Origin: Eledone cirrhosa
Lineage: Eukaryota
DNA length: 64,000 nt
Reading direction: 5' to 3'
Assembly (NCBI GenBank): GCA_964016885.1
Contig: OZ024740.1
Span: 105,896,001 to 105,960,000 of the forward strand
Position 1 is the stretch's first letter. Each line of letters begins with the position of its first letter. Positions 1 through 12,441 of the stretch are shown one piece after another. Position numbers and translations under genes: made by a program. A model generated the notes under the pieces. The model saw nothing but the letters and a program-made list of their open reading frames with translations. It ran no database searches and had not been told where the DNA came from.

Positions 1-1123
1 GACTCTCCCTAATTGTGAGTCATTTTTACAGTTCCTTTGAGTGACAATTAGAGATAGTCAACTGTATTTCAAAGAGAAAATTTAGTGATCAAGTGCGATA
101 TCATTCTGATTGATAATCTGGATTACTGTTCCTTTCTTATGAGGAAAGCAGAGACTATCTTTTAGAGATTAGCACCAAAGATTAACTAGGCCATTCCTAA
201 TGAATCAAGGTGATTTCTAGATCGTTTCTTATTATTTAATTAATAATTAAAGTAAAAAATTATCTTGGTTGTCTTTAGGTCATTCTTGTTTTATTCTAAA
301 TCTATCCATGAAAGAGCTAGGAATGACCATTCCACATGCCAGTGCCGAAACGCTGGCACAGAAATGCCTGCACCGAAACTTCCTGTTCCATGCCATCTTA
401 ACACCCTTCACCTCCTTGTGATTAAGTGTGATGTCATAGGCTTATTATTGTACATTTAATTCATCAAATTCAAATTCCAGCTTCAATATTTTAAGAGTTA
501 ATTGTACTTGTCCTGTATTTTTCCAGGTTTATTATTATTTAAGAATATTAATACACATGCGCCCGCATTTTTCGGTCTAGCCCCCCCCCCCCTTTTTTTT
601 TAGGTATTGCAGCAAATTATTTTATTTAAATTACCTTCACCATTTGCTAAGGCATTTACAATCCGTTTTTCATCAATAAAAATTAATTTTTCATTTCAAT
701 ATTTCTATAAAATCCAAAATATTAAAATTGAAAAGGTTTTTGTAGAATATAATCAATAGAGACATTTGCCTTTTCTGAACACCCTTACTACAAGCCTTCA
801 AGTGTGCCCATAGAGACAAAGCTATAATTGACTATACTCCAATGATCAATTTAGAGTTTAACTTAACAAGTGAAGTTATTAAAGATGCTAGAAAAACAAG
901 CAATTAAAATAACTGAGTCAAAAATAAATAAAATTAAGTAGTAAATAAATTAAATGCCAATAAACAGTGAGCTCAAATTCAACAATAATTTGTCCAGAAT
1001 TAGCATTTAGTCCAAAATAAGCAGCAAGTAGTCAAAAATAAAATTAAGTAGTCCAGAATTAGCAGTAGTCCTAATTATAAGTTAGTAGTCCTAATTATAA
1101 GTTAGTAGTCCAAAATCAAAAAT

Positions 1124-1518
1124 CTAAATTTTTTCCATAAACAAATCAACCACATTAGGTAACTTAGGAGGAAATTTATTGTGCCTTTTTTTGATAATGT
1201 TGTCACTAATTTCATCCCAATTTTCAGCACCACTTTTTACCAGACAAGTATAATGGCCTCCCGTAAATGATACTCCTTCATGAAGAATAGCAGCTTTTAA
1301 TATGAAATTTGTGCCATATATTTGCTGCTTTTTTGAGCTAAAGTTCATAATATCACAATTAATTCTTTGTTCTCCTTCATTATTAATCAAAAATCTACTA
1401 ATTGAGATGACAAGATATTTGAAATCGTTAGTAAATTCAATTCTTGAAGTTATTTGATGCTCTGTATTTTTAGAACAAGTATCACAGTATTTAGTGAAAG
1501 TATTTGTTGTTGAAAACC
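1124..1518 (-). pseudogene. Ubiquitin-specific protease (peptidase C19/USP) C-terminal fragment
   Basis: The frame extends upstream of the listed ORF: KYCDTCSK (CxxC), FKYLVISISRF, then His-box AAILHEGVSFTGGHYTCLVK..WDEISDN. No Cys-box seen; intronless. Confidence 0.65.
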
Positions 1519-1640
1519 CCAGGCCCAGGATCTGACTGACCCCCCCCCACCAATAATAAGAAGCATTAGTATTATTAAAGCATGCGATTTATGTTTATTA
1601 TAATAAAATGAGTGTTTATTGTTAGACAATTGAAAGATAT

Positions 1641-1848
1641 TTTAGCGTATAACTTTTTTACTACTGACCCAAAATTCAATTTCCTTATACCAAAATGTAG
1701 CCTAGGATGAGTCCATTCTAGTGCAAAAGACCTGATCAAATTCGGTTGAGAACTGAATTACTGACAAGTCCTAGAAGTGGCTATCGTTGGGAAAAAGTTG
1801 ACCTTATAAGAATATTATATTCACACACTACCGTGTGTCAATGATATG
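1641..1848 (+). repeat. ~200-bp dispersed repeat, copy 1 (candidate non-autonomous Helentron/HINE end)
   Basis: Near-identical to 2737-2935; ends in the hairpin cacacactaccgtgtg. Confidence 0.55.
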
Positions 1849-2736
1849 GCGCGTGGCTGAGTGGTTAGAGAGTTATAATAAATAAAGAAGCGCCCAATAG
1901 TATTATTAAAGTATTTATTTTATATATAGATGTTTCTGTATTTATGTATAAAAGATATAAAACTTACTTTGACATAGACAACTGGGTAATTTACTAGTTT
2001 ACGTACACAAACTCAAAGAAACATTATCGCTAGTTATGTCTGGTCGAAAGTGAAACTGACTAGGGTTTAGAGTTAGGGTTAGGTTATTTATTGAAAACGA
2101 GAGAGAAATTATTAGATACAAAAAGAGACATAGAATTAAAAGCAGAACTAGTTAAATATTAATATAATAGTAACTGTTTGATTTGATTACCTCGTAACTA
2201 CAAAATAATAGACATTCTAAAACAAATTACTGATAACAATTAAAAATGCTGCAAAAGTATATCCACACGAACCGTATTTCGCCAAATAAATTCATGCAAA
2301 CAGCTTTGGAACAGGACGTCTGAAGTACCAAAGTGTCTACGTATTTCGACCACCAGGCATAATTTTCTCTGTCAGAAGTAAACTTAATTTTCAAAAGTGA
2401 AACTTTTAAGCTTAACAGTAACAGTTTCACATTCGACCAGAAATAACTATTGATAATGTTTATTTGAGTTACTTAAGGGAAACTACTTAGTACAGCTACG
2501 ATGGATTTATACTAGAGTTATGTCCCTTAGCGTTACTCCTTATCTGATTTCGTCACTTAAAGTCACACAACTCAATTTCTATGGCACCAATCTTTTCAAT
2601 ATTGACAAATTTAGATTCAGTTTATCGAGTTCTATCTACTGTGATAGGTAGCATGAAATTATATTCGAAATTTAAAAATGTATGATGAGTCAAAGTCATT
2701 GAGGTGCCTTATCCCACACTACTTGACCACACATAT

Positions 2737-2935
2737 TTTAGCGTAACTTTTTCTATACTGACCCAAATTTCAATTTCCTTATACCAAAATGTAGCCTGGG
2801 ATGAGTCCATTCTAGTGCAAAAAACCTGATCAAATTTGGTTGAGAACTGAATTAGTGACAAATCCTAAAAGTGGCTGTCGTTGGGAAAAAGTTGACCTTA
2901 AGAATATTATTCACACACTACCGTGTGTGAATGAT
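2737..2935 (+). repeat. ~200-bp dispersed repeat, copy 2
   Basis: Direct repeat of 1641-1848; terminal palindrome tcacacactaccgtgtgtga. Confidence 0.55.
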
Positions 2936-3039
2936 ATATATGTATATATATATATTAATAAAAGGAATTCCAACTTTGTCTGATTTACTCGTTTTATTTA
3001 CAATCCTTTAACATTTATAATGGTATTAGAATGAAATAG

Positions 3040-5400
3040 TACGGTAGAATATTAAATGTTAAGTGTTAATTGAACAAGTACTTTCATGCTTTCGCAATCT
3101 TCATGTTCATATTCTGTGGTGACAGTGAAGTTTGCAATTTTCAACTGTAATGAGATGGGTAAATTGTGTGCCTTATATACAGTGAAAAGCGGCTACAGAA
3201 TGCTAAATTCTGCAAACTGTATTTCGACCAATCGGTGTGTAGTTTCACTGGATTACTAAAGCTGATTGGTTTAGGCGTCACGGCTGGTTGAGCATGTCTA
3301 ACGACTATTATTTGACCCTATCCAAAGCATCAATTGTTTTGTTATTTTAAGAAATAATGAAAATAGCATTTTCTAGTAATCATCACCATCAATATCACTT
3401 TCATTATTATTATTGTTGTTCTTGTTGTTAGTGGTAGTAGTCGACATGGTCGTAGTCATAGTCATAGTAGGAGTAATCCCCCAAGCTTGGGTTGGAATTT
3501 ATCAATACAATTTTTTCCTTTGATTTTTCTCTTGATTTCACTTGGGCTGTGTAATTTGTAGAATGGAAATATTATAAATATTCTCTGACCACATGTTGCT
3601 AGATGGTTACTCAGGGGTATCTGACGGGCATTTGGTTCTCTGATTTGCCGTCGATGCCCCCGTGCACGTTCCGATAGTGCATTTCCAGTTTGACCGACAT
3701 ATAGTTCTTCACAATTCGGGCATTTAATGCAATAAATTAGATTTCTGCTTTTGCAGTTCATATTTGCATTTGGGAATATTTTTCCAGTTTTTGTGTTCAT
3801 ATATTGACCGTTGTCTTTGGATTAACATGTGCCACATCGACTATCATTGCATTTAGATACAGTGAATGATTGGTCTTTGTTGTTAAGGTCAAACTTTGCT
3901 TTTGTTAGTAATTGCTTCAAATTTTTCGGCTGTCTTTTACTAAGAGTCAAAGATCGGTCTCTGATTAAGCCTTTTAATTCATTACTTTGAACAATGATCG
4001 GTAGGTTTGCTTTGGCAGTGTTGAAGATATTCTGGTGACATGGGTTGTGTGTCATTATAAATGGTATGACCAGTTCTTGGTTTCTTCTTCCTTGGGTTGT
4101 CCTAAGTTGTTGTATAGGTATTTTTATAGCCCGCTGTATGCCATTTTCTATAAGCAGAGATGGGTATTTTTGTTTGAGAAAAAATTCTCTCAGGCGTTTG
4201 TTGCTGGTATTCGTATCTTCTACAATGGTACAAATTCTTCTGGCTAGGCAATATGGGATGTTGCGTTTTGTATGAGGAGGATGGCACGACTTAAAATTCA
4301 GATATTGATGGGTGTCTGTGTGTTTATAATATATATCCGTGATAATGGTGGTGTCGTTTTTGATTAACATTATATCTAGGAATGGTAATTTGGTACTACT
4401 CATCTCTTTTGTGAATTGGAGAGATGGGTGTAGGTTATTCAGGAGGATATTGAACTCATCCAGAGTATCTAGAGATACTGTCCAGATGATGAAACAGTCA
4501 TTAAGGTATCTCTTCCAAGATTTTTCAATGTACTTTCTAAAGTCAGTGCTATATTTTTCCTCTATTTCTTGGTAGAGTTGCTGTTCTAAGTATCCCATTA
4601 CAGAGTTCGGGTAAACGGGAGCAAACTTCGTTCCCATCGCTGTGACCTTAATTTGGATGTAATTATTTCCATTGAAGAAGAAAGTGTTGTTTTACAGAAT
4701 AAGTTTGACTGCGTCTAATATAAATGGCACTGTGAATCTGGTGGGAATCACTTCTCTATGTTTTTCCACCCAGTATTTAACCACCTTTATTCCTAAATCA
4801 TGTGTAATGTTGGTGTAAAGGCTTACCACATCAAAACTAAGTAGAAGTGAATTCGTTTCCGTGGTTTTGGGAAGATGGGACAGGAAGTCGATATCATCCC
4901 GGATGAAATTGGGTATGTGAATACATAGTGGTTTCAAAATAATGTCAACAAAATTGCTTAGACGGTGGGTGGGGCATGTTGGACCAGCTATAATAGGTCT
5001 AAGTTTTAAGTCTTTTGGGTGTAGTAATTTAATGTACTCACTGTTTTGTTCTTTTACTGCCAGCTGGATTTCTTTTAATTTATGAATTTTCGGTAGGCCA
5101 TACAGGTTGCTGGGTTTCGGCTCAAAATTGGTGATGTAGTCTCTTTCCTTATCAGTAAGAGAGTTGTGATATTTTGAAGCCAGGTTGTTGATCTTCTTCA
5201 TGATGTTGTGGTCTATATTTGACGGTATTTCATGATAGAATGTTGTGTCTTTAAGTTGTTCCTCAACCAAATCTTTGTAGTATTCAGCATCCATTATAAC
5301 AACTGCACCCCCTTTATCTGCTTGTTTAATTATTATTGTTTTATCATTTTGTATACGTTTAAGTGCAGACATTTCTGATTTGTTAATGTTTGGCCTAACA
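3040..5400 (-). mobile_element. Penelope-like element (RT + C-terminal GIY-YIG), 5'-truncated and frameshifted
   Basis: ORF 4692-5372 (ADKG, LYGLPKIHK, LRPII, SFDVVSLYTNI); ORF 3822-4637 (MGTKFAP, RYLND, LPFLD, YYKHTDT..YL...SCHP); ORF 3462-3800 (NLIYCIKCPNC..YVGQT..R...H). Confidence 0.92.
3071..3109 (-). ncRNA. Degenerate minimal hammerhead ribozyme in the PLE 3' region
   Basis: Minus strand reads tgaac-ATGAAGA-ttgc gaaa gca t-GAAA-gtac-TT-gttca; core C3 is replaced by A. Confidence 0.6.
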
Positions 5401-5404
5401 ATAG

Positions 5405-6334
5405 GAACCTGGCAGGGGTGGGGCCCTGATCAACTTGGATCAATCCAAAGCATTCGATAGGGTCGATCATCGGTACTTGGCGACGGTCCTGGAGGCAGCT
5501 GGTTTGGCGCCCGTTTTCAGGGGTTGGATCGCTGCGATGTACAGCGACATCTGCTCAGTCGTGAGGGTGAACGGTTACCTGTCTCAGTCGTTCAGAATCA
5601 TGCGCTCGGTCCGCCAGGATTGTCCCCTCTCGTCCCTCTTTTACGTATTGGCTCTCGAGCCGTTACTGCACAAACTGGGGGCGATGAGGGGTGTCCCATG
5701 CGAAATAGGATGCGGGAAATCCGAGTCGGCTTACGCCGACGACATCACTGTAGTGCGGTCGAGCACCAGACACGTCAAAATGCTCGGCACCGCTCTCAAG
5801 GAATATGTCGGTGACAGGAGCAAAGATAGACCAGGAAAAGTCGGTGGGCTTGCAGATTGGCACCTGGAGAGGCATGTCCATGCCGTCCGACAACGTCGTG
5901 GGGGCGTTGGGCGGACGGACTGGTTAAATTGTTCGGGGTCTGGTTCGGACCGGACCTCCAGATGGAGAAGAACTGAAGCGAGATGACGAGTAAGGTTGCC
6001 TCCCTCACCCAGAAATGGGCCGAGAGGAAGCTGTCCCTGAAAGGCCGGGCGGAGGTGGTGAATGCATACATCGCATCCATCATCTGCTACCGCCTCACCG
6101 TCCTCCCTTGCCCCGGCCCAACTCTCACCAAAATGGAGCGCCTCCTCTTCCGCTTTTTGTGGAATGGACGTGCTCCCATGATCAGACGATTCATCTGCTG
6201 TCAACACCCGTTGTGTGGAGAAATGGGCATGCCATGGCTGTTGATGCGCAAACATGCGCTGAGGCTGCGACATCTCTGGTGCTACCTTGACGGTGAACAT
6301 GTGTGGTCGCCATTCGCCAGGCACGTTTTCCCAC
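5405..6334 (+). mobile_element. Tx1/L1-clade LINE (family B), internal RT fragment
   Basis: LDQSKAFDRVDH, SVRQxCPLS, AYADD; nucleotide match to ~45715-46640. Confidence 0.9.

Positions 6335-6381
<47 letters not shown>
6335..6381 (+). repeat. (AAT)n microsatellite; tail/target of Tx1-A copy 1
   Basis: Direct read. Confidence 0.97.
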
Positions 6382-6383
<2 letters not shown>

Positions 6384-9300
6384 TTTCTTTATTAACCACA
6401 AGGGTTTATATAAAGTAGACATTAAGGACAGTGCAGGACAATGCAGGACGGTACAAATGGGCATTTCTGCGTGTAAAAAACAAAAACAGAGGATGTAACA
6501 AAAAATAACAATGAAAAATTCCCCAATAGGGTGCAGACTTCGGAGGGACATTTGTGGAGAAAGCCCAGTAAAAAGCCACAATGACCCTGACCACCAAGGC
6601 AAGTGCCCTCTCCCAGTTTTCCACCTTTAATTTACAGATATATACTCAGAGTAGGCCCATTCACTCGGGCCATTCTTGCTTCTCTCACCCATCTTTCAAC
6701 AAAATGCTGGGAAGAGAGCACTTCCCTCTCTACTCTGATTTTCCTTTTCAAATGAAATTTGAAAAAGTCAATCAGAGCATCACCGAAGAGGTAAGTGCTC
6801 GTCTTCAGCCCTTTCAAACGTGTCCACCATACTATCTCTTTCACCATGGCCACCAGGCAGATAAAAACTGCCTGCCCATCCCGGCTAAAGGAGGAGGGCG
6901 GGGCAATCCTCACGATGGACTCAGATGATAGCCAGATCCGTCCTAAACGCGACAGCAGGTGTTCGACATAAACCCACAAGGCAGCAATTTTCGGACACTG
7001 GACGAGTGCGTGCAGGACGGTTTCGTCGCCCTGCGCGCATCTCGGACATGCCCGGCTGACGGCACCTCCATGCCTGTAGAGTTTATCCCGAACTGGCAAG
7101 GCTCCTCGGTAGCACTGCCAGGCCAGAGATTTCTGGAAGTTGTCCATAGGCCCTGGCCCGAAAGTTCTTCCGAAGAGATTGGCTAGTTGATTTTCGTCGA
7201 CGCCTAGAGTTTCCCCAAGTACGTCGTCGCTCTTCCCCTCCACTAATCCTCTATAGATCGCCGATGTGGAGTTTCCACCGATCACATTGCCCGATTGGTC
7301 GAGGGCTGTGAGCGCCTGAAGACATTCCAGTCTCCAGGCGCTCCCTCTCGGTCTTCGCTTGACCCAGGTCTGCAGCTCCGTCAAGGAAACGAGCTGGGGA
7401 AAAACGCGTCTAGCAAACGACGACTACACCTGATCACCGTCGAGGAAGAGGTGGAGATGTCGTAGCCTGAGCGCGTGCCTGCGCATCATCAGCCACGGCA
7501 TGCCCAGCCCTCCACGTAGCGGGTGTTGACAACAGATGGACCGCCTGACCATCGGAGCACGTCCCTTCCACAAAAAGCGAAAGAGCAAACGCTCCAGCGC
7601 AGTCAGGCGAGGCTTAGGACAAGGTACGACGGTTAGGCGGTAGCAGATGACAGACGCGATGTACGCGTTAGCCACCTCCGCTCGACCTTTCAGGGATAGC
7701 TTCCTCTCCGCCCATTTCTGGGTGAGAGAAGCCACCCTGCTCGTCACCTCGTCCCAGTTTTTGTCCGTCTGGAGGTCCGGACCGAACCAGACCCCTAGCA
7801 ATTTAACCGGTCCGTCCGTCCAGCGCCCGACGACGCTGTTGGACGGCATGGACCTGCCTCTCCAGGTGCCGAGCTGCAGGCCCACCGACTTTTCCTGGTT
7901 GATCATTGCTCCTGTCACCGCTTCGTATTCTCTTAGTGTAGTGCCGATCGCCTCGATGTGTTTGGCGTTCGACACCACTACGGTGACATCGTCCGCATAT
8001 GCTGACACGGATCTTCCGCATCCTAGTTCGCGCGGGATGCCCCTCAACGTCTCCAGTTTGTGCAGTAATGGCTCGAGAGTCAATACGTACAAGAAGGACG
8101 AGAGGGGACATCCTTGGCGGACCGAGCGCATGATGTTGAACGGTTCCGACAGGTGACCGTTCACTCTCACCACAGAGCAGATGTCGCTGTGCATGGCAGC
8201 GATCCAGCCTCTGAAGACGGGCCCAAAGCCAGCCGCCGTCAGGACAGCCGCTAGGTAACGATGGTCGACCCTATCGAAAGCTTTCGACTGATCTAAATTG
8301 ATCAAGGATCCACCCGTGCCAGGTTCCCTAGCTACCCTCTCTACGATGTATCGCATGAGGTGGAGGTTGTCGTGGATGGATCTGTCGGGAATGGCGCATG
8401 TCTGCGCCTCTCCCACCAGACCACCAACGACAAGCGCCAACCTCTTTGCTAGCACCTTGGCCAAAATCTTGAACTCTGTGTTTAGCAGATATATGGGCCG
8501 GAAATTATCTATGTTATCCCCCTTGTTCGGATCCTTTCTCAGCAGTGCCACCGCTCCTCGGCTCACAGAACTGGGAATTCTCCCGTTCTGTTGCCAGTTG
8601 CAGTAGACGTCCGCCAAGAGGCCTCTGAACAAGTCTGGCATCTGTACGTAAAGTTCATAGGGCAGACCATCCAAACCAGGCGATTTACCCCTTGTGCAGC
8701 CAGTCATTGCCTCCCTTACTTCAGCGGCTGTTATTGGCTTTTCGCAACACTTCGCCTCAGTGGCCGAGAGCTGCGGCAGTCCGTCGAGGTAGACACTAAA
8801 GTCCATCCCTCGACCTGGCCGACCGCTGCCCTCGAACAGCTGAGCGAAGTGTTGCTGAAAAGCTTCACACATTTGCCCGGGATCAAGTAGCATGCGCCCG
8901 TCGTGGTCCACCAAAGACCAGATCGTGGCTTTGTTGAACGGGCCCATTGAACGGCTTTCGTCCCCTCGTGTCAGAGAGCACGCACCCTTGCTCTGACAAC
9001 GCAGCCTTCGTGCTTTGCATTGAAGAATTGGTCAAGGGCCAATTTCGCCGCAAGCATGTCGGTCGCAATGCCTTTGCTAAGCGCCTCGTCTAATTTTCTA
9101 ACTAGTTCTCCCTCTGCTCTATTTTCCTCTATTGCTAAACCTAATGGATTCTATTCTAATCGCTCTTTTCAGAGCAAACCACCACTTGTTGTTGACGATG
9201 GCCCCCGTCAACGCCCGCTTAACTAGTTCGCTAATCCGGTCTCTGTAGGCCTTGCGCGCTGGTAAGGACGCGTTTAGCTTCCAGTAGCCGGGTCCTCGTC

Positions 9301-12300
9301 TATGAAGCCTATCTAAGTCAAACACACAGATCACGAATTTGTGGTCCGTGTAGCTGACTATCTTGAATTGTAGACAGCCTATGCTAGATCTATCTATTTC
9401 CCTACAAAATACTCTATCTAGATATGATCTGGATGACCCGATGCGATTTGTCCAAGTCCACATTGGCACATTCGGGAAATCCAATCTGTACCTGTCAGAC
9501 AGTTCAAAACGCCTGAGCAGGTTGGTGAGGCTCTTGCACCCTCCATCCCTATCCGCTATTTCCCACACAGTCCCAGCGTGCATTTAAGATCCCGTTCCAG
9601 TCGCCCACTAACACTAAAGAGCGGGACGTTCCAAGAAAGGTCTCCAGACGCCGGAAGAAATCAGGCCGCCCTGCTCCTGTCGGGGCATAGACGGCCACTA
9701 ACCTGAAAGCTTGCCCGTCTCCGCTGGTCACGTCCAGCACCACCAACTTACCCACTGGGTCCAGGAAGATGGCCCGTATGGCGAGATCCAAACCTCTCCG
9801 AAAAAGCACAGCAACTCCTCCCCCCGATCCAGGACGGCTGGGAGATGCGTACACATTGTAGCCGCCGAAGATCGGTGCGAAGGCCCGTGCTTCGGAGATT
9901 CTGGTCTCGCTGATGGCCACTACATCTATGTTTAGTGACCTGAGGTCGTTGAGCAGGTGACCCTGCTCCCATGACGACCCCCAAGCCACGCGCATTTATG
10001 CTGCCTATTCTGAGTGAGGTCATGTTTAAAATAGAGTGGAAAAGATGGGAAAGACCACTGCCGTACTTTTCGTATAGGAGGGATGGTTTTTACATCCCTT
10101 TTCACTTGATCGTCTGGTGAAGAGACCGTTGAATCGCCCCTTCGGCTGGTCATCTGCTCTTCTATGAGTATGTCCGAATATACTCTTCGGTTGATAGTTC
10201 CTCCTAGGTCTCTGAAATCACCAACTGCGTTGGGGAATTTCGTTTTGATGTTTGTGTATTGTTTCTGTGCTATTTTTAGCAGTCTTATGTTAGTTGGCGT
10301 TTTGATTGGTGCTGGTATTATGTAGTCGTGTTGTGAAATGTATGTGTGTTCAATTATGTAAGTCATTAGTTTCTTGTTGTGTGTATTTATTGCCGTGCAT
10401 TTGTTTTTCTGGGGGTGGGGTGTGGTTCTGCTATTTTCTTGTCGTTTTTGCTGGGTGTGTGTGTTTTGTTGTTGTGTTTGCGATGTTGGTGCTTGTGGTA
10501 GTGGTGTTGAAGGTGTTGTTGGCGGTGGGGTTGTCGCCGGTGGTGATGGTGGTGCTAGTGTGGGTGGTGATGGTGTTGGTGGTGTTGCTGCTGTGAGTCT
10601 CTTTGCAGTAGACTTTACCCTTTTTTCATTTCTTTCCTCCCTTTTCAAAGGCGACGATGCGCTGCTTCTGCGTTTGTGCCTTCTTACGACCTTTTGCAAT
10701 CCCTCTCCCACCTCACACTCCATGTCTGATTCTGTGAGATCGGGGAGGGGTACCAGCTCCACTCTTTCACTTGTTGTTGTTGGTGATGTTTGCACTGGAG
10801 TCTTTGTTGCAGCTGCATTTGGTATTGCTGTTGTTGTTGTTAATACTTCCACTGCTGCTGCTGTTTTTGATTTCCGTGGAGTGCTTATGGGTGCCACGGA
10901 CCTATCGTTCCTGGTTGCCGCTTGTCCTGTTGCTGGTAGCCGTGGAGCCGGTTTCGGAAAGAGGGGGGTTTTCTCCTTTCTCAGGGTCTTCTCGTTGCAG
11001 AAGGCCCTGAGGTGATTCTTCGATCCACAGCGAAAGCATTTCGGGCGTTTGCCCTCAACACTTATGGGCAGTTGAGTGCCGTTGTCGAAGTCTATCACAT
11101 CCGGGATAGCTTCGATGCACTCCTGGTTGGTTTGGATTAACATCTCAATGGAGGTGCCGACCCACTCTTCTCTTACTTTTTTCTGTACTTGCAGTACAGT
11201 TGTTTTGTCCTCGATTCCGACGAGGACAGACGCGGCCAGCCAAGAAGGGGCCATTCCGGGGGGGGGGGGACGTGGGTCAGTTTGACCCTCACAATTTTTT
11301 GCCCGCAGTAGGAGGGCACCAACACCATTTCCTCGCTCCTTTGGGTCACTACGGATTGAGCTTTTGCCTCCTGGGGTGTGGCAAAAAGTACGTCTACGGT
11401 GGCATATTTCTTGCCTCGGGTGATGTGCGTTTTCCGCTGCCACACAGACCCCAAGGCTTTTTGTATTTGAGCCTCTGTGGCTCTTTCCACCCTACGGGAT
11501 TTTGTACTTACTGTACGGTACGTGACCGTACAGTGCTGTTGGGTTTCGAAAAGTTTTTCCGCTGCCTTGCAGATTGCTCGATGTCCAGTTTTTGTCACCA
11601 TCTTCTTCGCTTCCTCTAATTCCTCATTTGTTATGAGGATTGTTTCCAGATTGGTTTTCTTTGCTGCTGTTGTTGTTGTTATTGTCGTCGTCAGAGCTGC
11701 TGTTACTTTTGTTGTTGCTACTGGTACTACGACTACTGCAGCCGCCGCTGTTGCTGTGGTTGTTGTTGTTGTTGCTGCTGCTAATGCTATTGTTGTTTAT
11801 GCTGCTGCTGATGCTGTTGCGGCTGCTACTGTTGTTTTCATTGTCACTGTTGCTGTTGTTATTACGGCTGCTACTGCTATTATTCCTGACGTCAGACGAA
11901 TGAAATGGGTTTTCGTATTTCCCGCACACGTGTTTCGTCGTTGCCGTCGTCGTCGTGGAGAAATCTTGCACGCTTTGCACGAGACTTTTCTTTTCTGTCG
12001 TCGCTTGCGAAAGAGAAGGGAGGGAGAGAGACACATTTAAAGAAGGGAGGGAGAGAGACAATCTTCTCTCTGCTGTAGTGACGATTGAGGAAGAAGAAGA
12101 CGGAATGAGTGGGAGTGACCTATGAAAATTCTTTTTCGTAGCCATGTTGTTTTTTTTTTGTTTAAAATAAATATTGGGCACAAAACCCCAATAAGCAGTT
12201 ATTTAACCCCGAAGGGCCAAATAACGGGCAGAAAGACCCCTCTCACGAGAAGGAGGGTGTTTTTGTCTACAAGTTGATTAAAGTTTTAAACAATTTACAA

Positions 12301-12363
12301 TTGTTATAGCGTTCAAAATTTACAATACCTTACAGAGCCGAGCCTCCGTCAACCATAGCATTC
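6382..12363 (-). mobile_element. Full-length Tx1/L1-clade LINE (family A, copy 1), frameshifted
   Basis: ORF1 pieces 11173-11601 and 9932-11443 with CFRCGSKNHLRAFC knuckle; APE from 10023 (SINARGL, SET, GDWN, YLDR, TDH); RT 7424-8947 (YADD); C-terminal CPRC..ETVLH..C; (AAT)n on both flanks. Confidence 0.93.
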
Positions 12364-12418
<55 letters not shown>

Positions 12419-12441
12419 GTAATAATAATAATAATAATAAT
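12364..12441 (+). repeat. (AAT)n microsatellite between Tx1-A and Dong-B 5' ends
   Basis: Direct read. Confidence 0.97.

Noticed and set aside
2060-2085. Interstitial telomere
   Set aside because: Only two or three degenerate units
10306-12040. Plus-strand hydrophobic ORFs
   Set aside because: Antisense shadows of the low-complexity Tx1 ORF1
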